Shown here: positions 18,740 to 29,200 of the stretch, piece by piece
Numbering within the stretch: position 1 is the stretch's first letter
Layout: each line of letters starts with the position of its first letter
DNA from: Candidatus Omnitrophota bacterium
GTDB taxonomy: Bacteria > Omnitrophota > Omnitrophia > Omnitrophales > Aquincolibacteriaceae
Assembly (NCBI GenBank): GCA_903884815.1
Contig: CAISGE010000065.1
Coordinates: 1-63,962 of the forward strand
Length of the DNA stretch: 63,962 nt
Reading direction: 5' to 3'
Translations under genes and position numbers: made by a program
Notes under the pieces: generated by a model
Told to the model about the DNA's origin: nothing
The model's database searches: none
Seen by the model: only the letters and a program-made list of their open reading frames with translations

Positions 18740-20164
18740 CTAAGCCGGCACGGCCCGAAACGTTTCGTGGTGCAGGCCGGTTAAGCGCACTTTGACAAAC
18801 TTCCCGACACAATCCCCCGCAGATTCTAAGATCACGCGACGGTCTTGGTCCATGCGCCCCACAAATTCGCCAGCATTCCCTTCATGGCGTTTTTCCACAA
18901 ACAGAACACTGAAAGATCCGATAAGCGCCCGGCTCTTCTCTTCCGAGATCTTTTTCTGGAGGGACAAGAGCTCCTGGTTCCGTGCGGCCTTGCTCTCCGG
19001 TGGAACATCATCTGAAAGGCGGGCCGCGGGCGTCCCGGGACGTACGGAATATTTGTAAATAAAAGCGCTATCGAAGCGAATCTCTTCAAGAGCTCTCAAC
19101 GTTTCCTGGTGATCCTTGTCCGTCTCCCCTGAAAATCCGACGATAATATCCGTCGTCATGGAAATCTCCGGCACGAGTTCCCTCAGACGGTCGACTTTAG
19201 CCTTATATTCCGCGTAAGTATGATGCCGCCGCATCTTTTTGAGGACGCTATCGGAACCGGATTGGAGCGGTAAGTGAAAACGACGGCTGATCTTGGGATT
19301 TCGAGCGATCACCTGAAAAAGTTCCTCTGTCGCATCCTGCGGGTGCGAAGTCGTAAACGAAAGTCGCTCGAGTCCCGTGATGCCACAGAGCATCTCGAGA
19401 AGTTGAGGGAATGAGACTTCCACGGAATCTGAACGGCGTACGGCGTACGGCGTACGGGGTATGACTTCTTGGGACTCTGGGCGCCGTACACCGTACTCCT
19501 GAGCGCCGTACGAATTAACATTCTGCCCCAGCAGCGTGATCCATCGGACGCCACTCGCCACAAGCCGCTCGGCTTCTATCATCACTTCGCGTGCCGGCAT
19601 CGACACTTCCGCGCCGCGAGTTATCGGAACGATGCAAAAGGTGCATTCCTTGTTGCAACCCGTCATGATCGGCAGCCAGGCATGATAAGCGCTATCCCTT
19701 TTCGTGAATTCGCTGTATTCGATCGAAAGCCCGTCTTGCTTGATCCTTGCGACGTGACTTCGCTTTTCCAGAACATGGCGGATCATATCGGGGAGTTCTT
19801 TGATGTGACGCGTGCCGACCATCAGATCCAGATACGGGAATCGCTTGAAGAGCTTTTCCCGGTGTTCCTCGACCATGCACCCCATCAGTCCGATCACCAG
19901 ATTAGGCCGCTCCTTTTTTTCCGCGCCTAAAAGCCCCAGGCGCCCCCAAACACGCTCCTCCGCGTGGTCCCGCACGGAGCAGGTATTCATGAGGACGATA
20001 TCGGCCCCTTGAGAGATCGCGGGCCTTCCGGACACGAGCACGGTATCTCCAACGCCCTCGCCTTCAGCAAGCACCTCAAAACCCGCCTGCTCCAGGATGC
20101 CCGCCGCCACCTGACTGTCGTAGGTGTTCATCTGACACCCAAAAGTCTTCAACAAAACTTTCAT
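18740..20164 (-). CDS. miaB: tRNA-2-methylthio-N6-dimethylallyladenosine synthase
   Basis: MKVLLKTFGCQMNTYDS (UPF0004 N-domain), radical SAM CNKECTFCIVP, C-terminal TRAM-like domain. 474 aa. Confidence 0.92.
   Translation of the reverse strand: MKVLLKTFGCQMNTYDSQVAAGILEQAGFEVLAEGEGVGDTVLVSGRPAISQGADIVLMNTCSVRDHAEERVWGRLGLLGAEKKERPNLVIGLMGCMVEEHREKLFKRFPYLDLMVGTRHIKELPDMIRHVLEKRSHVARIKQDGLSIEYSEFTKRDSAYHAWLPIMTGCNKECTFCIVPITRGAEVSMPAREVMIEAERLVASGVRWITLLGQNVNSYGAQEYGVRRPESQEVIPRTPYAVRRSDSVEVSFPQLLEMLCGITGLERLSFTTSHPQDATEELFQVIARNPKISRRFHLPLQSGSDSVLKKMRRHHTYAEYKAKVDRLRELVPEISMTTDIIVGFSGETDKDHQETLRALEEIRFDSAFIYKYSVRPGTPAARLSDDVPPESKAARNQELLSLQKKISEEKSRALIGSFSVLFVEKRHEGNAGEFVGRMDQDRRVILESAGDCVGKFVKVRLTGLHHETFRAVPA
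19433..19512. repeat. Heptamer/palindromic GTACGGC-type micro-repeat inside miaB coding sequence
   Basis: ACGGCGT x3.4 at 19433-19458. Reverse-complement copies GCGCCGTAC at 19481-19489 and 19503-19511. Translated in frame as ...YGVRRPES...YAVRRSDS... Confidence 0.7.
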
Positions 20165-20277
20165 AAAATCGATTGAACCTCTCCTGTTTAAATACAGGCG
20201 TATTTATACTCATTCCCCATCATGAAATAAAGAAAAAAGAAGGCGAAATTCTGGAGAGAGAATTCTGCGGGCACTGC

Positions 20278-23200
20278 TTACGCGGCGACTTCGGTCTGGC
20301 GGGTCGCCATCAGCGCATCCAAGATACGCCGTATCGCCTCGTTGGCCAGGTAGCTGCCGATAGGATAGAAGCCTTCGGGCTTTGGTATACTCGCGTACTG
20401 GAGCATCACGTTATCAAATTGGGTTTTGCCGACCCCCAAGGCATATTGCACGAGCCATGACTCCCGCCCAAGGTCCGCATCCGTCAGTATATCGGCTTCT
20501 TTCACCACGAAGACCATAAAGCCTTGCGACTTGAGAATACCGAGCAACTTCTCCAAGTTCGATCCAGCAGGGATGTCTTGAGCAAGGACTTCGAATGAAA
20601 CGTGCTCCGTCCGTCCAGCTTCGGCCAGCTTCTTAAACTCAGGCATTTCCTTAGCAAGCGCCGTTTCATCGAGAGGCTTCCTGCCGGGCTGATCCCCAAG
20701 CCGTTTAGCCGCGCCGGCAACCACGTAGCGCTCAACGTTGATCCTATTAAGCATCGCCTCGATCCCGACACCGGCAGGGATCATGGCTGTGGCCGTGAGT
20801 TGCGCAAAATGTTCCAGGTCGCTGCGCAGACTTTCATCACGGGTATTAATATCGCCCCGCGCCGCGGCAAGCATGGCAGTCCACGATTCCCTCAAAAGAC
20901 TCTCGTCCATCACTTCTACCATGATGGAGAGCGCCTGCATTTCCGCGTCAAGCCGACGACTTTCGGCAAGGATGCCGCGATTCACTTCTGCCTGAACTCC
21001 GTGAATCGCTTCATGGATCACGAAGTCTTTCAATTGAGAAGGCGTCATGCGCTCGACCACTTCGGAATTGAGCACGATCTCACGCGCGCCACCGGGCAAC
21101 TCTCTCTCAAAGCCGCTCTTGCCTTTCAGCAGTGGCTCCTGTTTGACCGTGAACACCTTAATAGGCAACGTGTTGATCGCCTTGATCAGCAGTTTTGGAT
21201 CAATGCGGTCAAGCTGGCCTGGCGTCAGTCTGCCCACCGCCTCGACCGCCAGACCTTTCCAGGCATTCACTTTCGCCGTAGCTGGATCCGCCACTTTGTC
21301 CGAAGGCTTCAAATCGTGGAGTTCCGAGCGTTTTTCATCTGCGGGCACGGTTTCTTCCTCCGCGACAGACGGTTCGGCCTCTTCCTCGATCATTGCCTCG
21401 GGTTTGACTTCCGGGAGCGCGTCCGGGGCTAGATCCGTGACAAGATCCATCATGACGTCTGCCATCTCATTTAGTTCATTGAGGTTGGTAGATTCAAACC
21501 CGCGCAAGTGGGCGTAATAGCCGGTAAAAATATTCGTCACGACTTCGATCTGATTTCCGGAGGATTTGTCGGCCTCAAACTGACCTGTCTGGGTATTGAA
21601 TCGGCGAATATGGTAAAAATCGCCATTGCTATTCTCGGCTATTTCTCCCTTATGAGACTCATCCTGCGCTCCCGACGTCAATCCATCGATCAGCACGCCC
21701 TTCTCACCTACTACATTTGCAATCGCTCCTTTATAGCGCCCCGTGCGATCAACCGGCGCATCGATGTAATGCTCCACGTTCCTGGAAGGCATCGTCCCTT
21801 CCGCCATCGATGTAACCTCTTTATAGGTAACCGCACCTGTGGCGGCATCCACTGATATTTCCTCGACGGAAGACCCGCGACCGTAATCGTCCTTTGTTTT
21901 TTCGGTCTGGTTCTGGCGATCGGCGGAGTAGATGCGCTCGACACCCGACAGGATCTTTCGTAAGGCCTTGTTGAATGCGCGGTCCTGTTCCGCGTGAAGG
22001 ATCCCAAGCCCCACTTCCTCTCCGGTCGTGATAATCAGGCGTATCTCGTTGGTATGCCCCTCTGCGACCAGTTTTCGGATTGTGTTCAGGATAATCGCCA
22101 GGCCGGACCGGTTATCAGCACCAAGGGCCGAACTCGGGTCCTTGGCGCGGACATTCCCGAAAGAATCGATCGTGGCCGCGAGATCGTCCGCAACTTCGGT
22201 ACGCACGTCGATGTGTCCCAGGAAACCGATCGGTTTTCCGGCGGTGGCGGGATCCTTGGGGGGAATGGTCAAAAACAAACCTTTGCCCGGTACTTGTTCG
22301 AATTTGAATTGATTCGAAGAAAGACCCTCGGCCGCCAAAAGTTTGTTGATTATTTCTCTCATCTGGTCAAGAGCCTTCGCTTCATCCCGGACAGAGACTT
22401 GCTTACCGTCCAGAAGTTGGCTGAGGATCGATTGTACGGAGCCCTTATCATCATCTTCAATCAGGGGTTGCGGCTGATAGTTAGCATCCAGATTGAGCGC
22501 CTTATAGGCCGCGGCGCGCAGCGCATCCAGTGAATTATCCACGACAGCATTCGGAGCATTAGCTGTAAGAAAATTGAGCAGCCGCTGATAACCGTCGCCC
22601 GTATTTTCTCTCAGAACGCGTTCTATGAGGCGGGCTTTGGCGCGCGTAAGCTCGTCCGCTGTCATTTGTTGATCGCCCGGTTTTGCGGCTTCCGATTTCA
22701 AAAGCTCGTCGATAAGTTTCGTGGATTCCTCGGTCACTTTACCGGCAACAGTGGTTCCGTTAGGCATCAATTCGTCTTTAAGAGCTTCAAGGATCACTTG
22801 TGCGGTCAACTCTCTGCTATTCTTGGCCGCGTCCATACGCTGCAACTGCTCGGGTGTCAACGCATCCAACAGGACGAGGTCCGAGGCGTTCGTGATATAT
22901 TTCCCGAACCGGACCGCCTGAGGTCCATGAAGTTGATAGAGCCGGACGAAGGAGCGGAACGAGGCCTTCATGATATCCGGATTGAAATTGTGGCCGCGGG
23001 CGTAGCTTTCGAGCTTCCTGTCGATGCCTTCCCAATTGTATGGATGTCCATGCTCACGATCCTCGAGCTGTTCTACGACCTGCCCGAAGAAGTTAAAAAC
23101 TTCTTCCATCATGATCATACCGCTGGAATCGTTCCGGGAATAAAGGTAAGGGCGCGGGTGCGTGACGTGTTTGTATTCATGCTGGGGCGACTGCTTCCAC

Positions 23201-26200
23201 CAGTAATCGGCTACCAGAACAATGCCGGTCGACGTGATCCAGTTCGGGCGGCCCTTGGCGTCTCTCGCGCTCTTGGCCTCGTGGCTTACCACCGCTTCGG
23301 CACCGGTCGACTGCACCCAGTTGTTCTTCATGAAATCATAATATTCGCCGAGCTCTTCGACGATATCTTCGGCTACGTTAAAGACGGGCACGCCCAAGTT
23401 CGTATAGCCGTGCTGTTCCATCCAGCGATCTTGTCTTCGCTGCTCTGTCTCCCCCGGCATTCCGGGAAAGTTCGACGCGGCGGGGATGTCCATCGACTCC
23501 CCGAGACGTGAGGTCCCTTCGCCTGTGTTGAACTTATCGAAATTCACCACACCGTAGTAGATCTTTCCATCCTTCAAATGCTTTTCGATGAGCTCGACGA
23601 ATTTAGAGCGTCGCGCGGGTTCGATCTGGAGACGGTGACTGCCGTGCTCATTATTCTCCATGCTGAACACGAAATACTCGGCCATCGCGCCGTAATCCCC
23701 CCGTTTCGCGGCATCCCGCAGGAATTCCCCGAGGTTCTGCGCCCCAGAAAGATGCCGAGCCGTGTTGAGGAGATCAAGCGCGGAAAGCTCCCTGGCGATG
23801 GGCACGGTAAAGTCCACCATCGTTGACTCACCTTTAGCATCGATCTGTTTTGCCTGCAGCTTCTTTTTTGTCGCGACATCGATGAAAAGGACATATGCGT
23901 CTTGATAGGTCTGGAGGTCTTTAAACGTATCCGTAGTTTTTGCGAGCGCCGATTTATACACGGCGGCTTTCTCTGTTGAAATGCCGGCTTTCTTCGCCAG
24001 GGCGACCTTCCCCGGCAGCATCTTCAGGATCTTTTCCATGACAGGCACGATATCCTGAAGGTCCGTCACGCGGTCCTTGGTGCGCTTGCTCTCAGAAAGC
24101 GGGTCAAGAAGCTCAGAAAGCTGAGCTCTCAGCGAATTCAGTTCGTGATCACCCACATCGATGTCCTGAAGGGCTTTCAGGAAATCGTGGATCAATTCAT
24201 AGCTTGAATGCTCCAAAAGCATTTCTCTCGCTTTTTTGTCGAAAGAACGGTCCCTTATCAGCTCGGTGGCAGCTCTCGCGAAATCCACCCCTTGAATAAA
24301 ATGATCATTACCGGCCAACCGTGCCGTTTGCATAAGCCGCAGCATGGTCTGGAAACGCTCCGAGGGGGTCATGGCGGCGAGGAAATCCGCCCGCGCTTTT
24401 GAATTGGCGGTCTTGAGTTCCGCCGCGAAGGCCAGTTTTTGTTCATTAATGATGGAGATCAATGCGTCGTCAGTGCCAGGAGTGAGTTTACTCAGAATAT
24501 GATCCAGAATGCTGATGTCATCGACGGGAACGATTCCGGCATTGCGGGTGCTGATCATCGCGTCCATGATCGCCATGAACTGGGCGCCGAGGCTTTCGCT
24601 TTGCTTGCGAGCCTTCAAATAGGCGGGCAACAGGGCCCGTGATGCCGCGAACTCGGTTGAATACGCGGAGATCCTTAGCCAGTTCTCGAGCAATTCTTTC
24701 TTGTCCTGAGCCATCGTACTCTTAGCCGGATCAAAATTCGTGAGCTCCGCCAGCGTAAAAACCTTTCCGTCCAATTTGATCCCGTCCGGGGTCATCCGCG
24801 TGGCGCCGCCGGCCAACATGATCTTGCGCCCGTCCGCCGTCTGAACCGGGACGAAGCTCTTACCGCTGGGCAGTCGGGCATAGAGCACCGGTCCCGCATC
24901 GCGCGTATGTTGATTCACGTTATCAAAGAGAAGGACGTTCTGGACGACGCCTTTCTCCAGGTTAATGTCGGCAAAGCCGCCCTCATGGTTTTCAGCACCG
25001 CTCGAGATCTGAATGACCTGATTGCCTGACGCATCCCCGATGAATTCGACGGAGAGCGCAGAAACCATGCTATGCCGTTGGAACTCCATCGGGCGTCCGT
25101 ATTCATCCACAAGTCCGTTCATGACCACGCGGTTGTCTTCCATGGAAGCTGTGACGCCCGGCGCAGCCTCGACGCGAACTTTATCGCCGCCGAAAAATAC
25201 AGCAACGCCCCGGTCTGTCTTAGCGATCCACTCCCCGCCGTGGAATTCGAGCGTTTCGACCGTTTGCCCCTTGAGCTCCACGAGGGGCGCGCCAGTCAAG
25301 CTTTGGATGATATGACCGTTCTTGACGAACCGCCGCCTCAAGGTGTTTTTTACGTCCAGCGCAAGATTTTTCGGGCCCATATCTGAAATCAAAGACAGTC
25401 CGTTAAGGTTGTTGTAGAGATCATCGGAATGTGTAAAAACAATGCCATTTTCCCTCAAGACAGTCAGGAATCCTTTAACCCGGCTTGTAATTCCAAGATT
25501 CAAGCGAACAAGGAGTTCCGCATCTCTGAGTGACTTGAGTTCGAATTGCGACTGATCGCCAAAGGTGATGGGATTGGCCTTGGCGGCAAGCCACAGATTA
25601 GCCGTAGCCTCGGCCGTCTTGAGAGCTTCAGTCCGTTTCCAGTCCGTCTCACGCCACAGATCCATGATCTGGCTCATGCTGAGGCCGTTCTTCTCAGACA
25701 GTTTTTTGATGAATTGAAGCTGAACCAATAAGGTATTGACCTTGGGGACGAAAAGAGAGGTTCCGATGGCGTCCGTGATCTGTTTTTCAACATTGGCAAG
25801 CGCGGCTTTTCCGGAGCGGCGGGCTGCGGCAACCGCTTGGGCGGATTTCCGCAGTTGTTCTGACGACGGCGTGAGCTCGGATGCCAAGGCAAGGACGCGG
25901 CTCATGACTAGAGATACGGGATTTGAGAACTGCCCGGAAGCACCCGCGACTTTGGAGCAGTCCAGCGCGTCATAGAAAGCGCTCGGATCCTGCCCTAGAA
26001 TACCGGCAGCCTGCGTGATGACCGCCTTCAAATTCGTACGCCGTTCGTCTGAGATCGCGCGACGCGTATCCACCCCGGTCGCCAGCATCGAAAGCGCCAG
26101 AGCTTTTTTAAGGGCCCCTCTGAAGACGCCTTCCGACACCTGCTGATACTTTGCGAGCGGCATTTTCCGGAGGACTTGATAGAACGCCAAAGGATCGATC

Positions 26201-29200
26201 ACGCTGCCCCACTGCGCCGTCTCGGCTGCACTGAAACCGGCCCGGGCAAAAACACTATTGTCGATCTGTGACTGTTCGGCAAGTGTCGCAAGTTTTACGA
26301 ACTTTCCGGGCTCAAGTGAGGCCAAAGCGTTCAGAACAGGACCGCTCACGTCCAGATGTTTGACGATCACTTCCCGTCGAAGAGCCTGCTGAGGCCCCGT
26401 CGCTTCAACTTGCGCAGCAAGTTTGGCCAGGGTCTGGACGGTGTCTTCCCGAGGAATAGCGGCCCGGAGCTCCGCAATTTCCTCGTGCGTTAGCCCTGTG
26501 CCGAGCAATTCGTGATAAAGGGTCAGATAGGACTTCCAGTTCTTGAAACCATCCTCGCCCAAGAGAGTTTTCAGCCAACTTGCCTGTGTTTCGAGGTAGG
26601 ACTTCATCTCGTCTTCATAGTTAACGCTGAAGATCGCGAGCCCGCCCTTGAATGTAACATTCAGAAGTGCATTGTTCGTGAGAAGCTCCTTGAGATTGGC
26701 GTCGCGTATCGCGTTGAGCGCGATCTCGATCCCTGCGATCTTGAGTATCCGTTCTCCCGTTTCGGAATTCTTCGTCACGTTGGCCTTGAAAGGCCCGCCG
26801 CTCAATGTCCCAAGGCGGTCACGCCCGGCTTCATCGCGCGTCGCTTGAGCGAGTTCAGCCACAGGTCGGGCAACTTCGCTCGACTGGCGCCCGGCGTCCA
26901 GACCGGCAGGCTTCTCGGCCCCCTGGAGTTGTGGGGCGAATTCCATCGCGAAGCCGAGAGCGATCGCGATCATGGTGTCCGCGCGCTCCTTCACATCCGT
27001 TTTGAAACCGAGATTTCCGAAAAATTGTCCGTCATAATCGCCCCGGAGCTGATTCTCACGGATCGTCGCAAATTCGGCGCCCGCACGTAATTGGACATGA
27101 CCGGCTGTTTCGACCGCGTCTTTCAGAACTTGCTTGACAGACTCGCTCAGATCTTTTCCGGTCCCTTTAAGGAAGGCGTTCAACTGCTCTTTGGCGGTCT
27201 TCGCTTTCGATCCCACAAGCCCTTGCACGGACCTTGGTCCATTCGCGTAATCCTCCCCGCGCTCCATCTCATAGTTCGTCCCGTAATGCCGCATCAATTC
27301 CAAATTGAATTCGTAGAGAATCGCCCGTTCCTTGATGCCCTGGTCCCCCTCAACGAAATTGGCCATCATCATGGCGTCGCGCATCGGGTTGAACATGAGG
27401 GCGAAGTCCATGAGCTGGCCGGTGAGCGACCTCGCCGTAGCGTCCGCTGCTCGGGCGCTGTTCATGGCGTAGCTGAGGAGCATTTGCTCGGCCTGCGACA
27501 GCTTCTTCCAATCCCCTTCATTCTCTTGGAGGCGGTCAAGGATGCCCACGATGTCTTTCGGTGCCGTAGCGTCTTTGGGGCCGTTGTAAAACTTGGAATT
27601 TTTGAGCGAATCCCCATATTTATAGGCTTCACCCGCAGCGGTATCCATCCGAGGTTGGAAGAAATCCCGCCATGCCGCGATCGCCTTGAAATCAAGACCT
27701 CCCAACAGGCTTTCCAGGAACTCCGTGTTGAGATAGATCCGTATCTCCGCGTCGAAGCGGTCGTGCGACTTACCCCCAGCCTTCAGATTGCCATTCTCAT
27801 CTCTATCCGCGAACTTCTTCGCGGTCTCGTCCTTGAGCACCGTCGTGAAGCCCTCCGAGTCAACGTTGCTGCTAGATTCAGCCTTTGCGAGATAATCGGT
27901 GAACGTCGTGGCCGCATCCACGTTCCACGCTCGTTTCGTTGCGTCGCGGTAATCCGCCCAATAGGTCGAATTAAGAATGGTTTCGAGTTCCGATTGCCTT
28001 GCGGATCGCCATCCGGGCTCTCCATTCAAATGAGCCTGAACCAATTCCAGTTCCCGGCTATATTGCGGCCTCCCCAAAGCCGTCAAGATGGCAGAGGCAT
28101 CAGCATTAAGGATCTCGCTCAAGGATCTCGGATCATTATCTAAACCCGTCGCCTCTTTCACCGTCTTCTCAAAAGCCCTCGCCGAGACTTCACCTTTGGC
28201 GTATTCCCTCACCATTGATTCAAAGATCGAATGCATAGAGATCGTCCGGGCAACACGACCCTGGTTTTGCATGAGCATGACGGAGCTGATCTGCGGCGTG
28301 AACGCGGCGTAAAGCATATTGTCCCGTTGATAATTGAAACCGATCAGCGCGTGCTGGGCGGCGAGCACGATCTTTTCCGTGCTTCCCTCGTTGAATTTCT
28401 GTACATTCTTGAGCACGTTATTCTGGCCCTCGGCACTTCCGTCGATAACCATGATGTCTTTTTCTGTCAACCCCAGTTTCAACAGCTCCAACCTTACCAG
28501 CTTGATCACTGTATCGCTCAAGATTCCCGCCAGAACGGATCTCATAGCGTCACCGTGCCCTCTGGCGTCATACAATTCACGGGCAATGAATGCAGCTTGC
28601 TGCTGATCCGATTTACCCGAAGTGTCCCATTGTTTGAGACTAAGGGCCTTGCGAGCTTCTCCGGGAAGTGCGTCCTCCCCGCCCTTTTCCGCAAGCAATT
28701 CGTGAACATAGGCGTCAGCAAAACCGCCTTTTCCGAAGATCACTTCGGTATTCCGTCCCACGATCATCTTCGCCTGCAGCGCGACCTCGGCGACCGTACC
28801 CGACATTCCGTAGGCGGCAGACGCTCCGCCGCCCATGATGAAGAGATCGAACATGCTCGACGCGGTGAGGGTGTTCGTCTTCTCGATGTTTTTCGCGCTA
28901 TTCCGGATAATGTCAAGGCCCAGTCTTTCGTACCGGTTGGTCTCTCCCACTATGGGTCTGATGCTGAGTGCGCTATCGCCCGTCATGTAACTGCCGTCCG
29001 CACCGACCTCGTCCTTGATCCCGAGACCGGCTAGTTCATGGGACAACCCGGCGTCATTGAGTTTGTAGCTGATCGTGATAAGGCCGACCGTGTCCGAAAT
29101 AATCTGGGAATCCTGCTGCTTGCCGTCGGAGCCTTTGGGACGGTACTGGTCGCCGGCACCTCTCCGTATGCCGTTGATAATACCGGCCTCGACATTTTCC

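Noticed and set aside
19433-19512. Short repeats considered as a possible CRISPR or minisatellite.
   Set aside because: The unit is only a 7-nt unit repeated about 3.4 times with nearby inverted copies. It lies inside miaB and is translated in frame. There is no spacer/repeat architecture and there are no cas genes in the window.
20165-20277. Possible rho-independent terminator after the giant gene (aattct-ggagag-agaatt at about 20250-20270, and cctgt-ttaaat-acagg at about 20183-20198).
   Set aside because: The stems are only 5-6 bp and AT-rich, with no following U-tract on the minus strand. This is not convincing, and read-through into miaB cannot be excluded.
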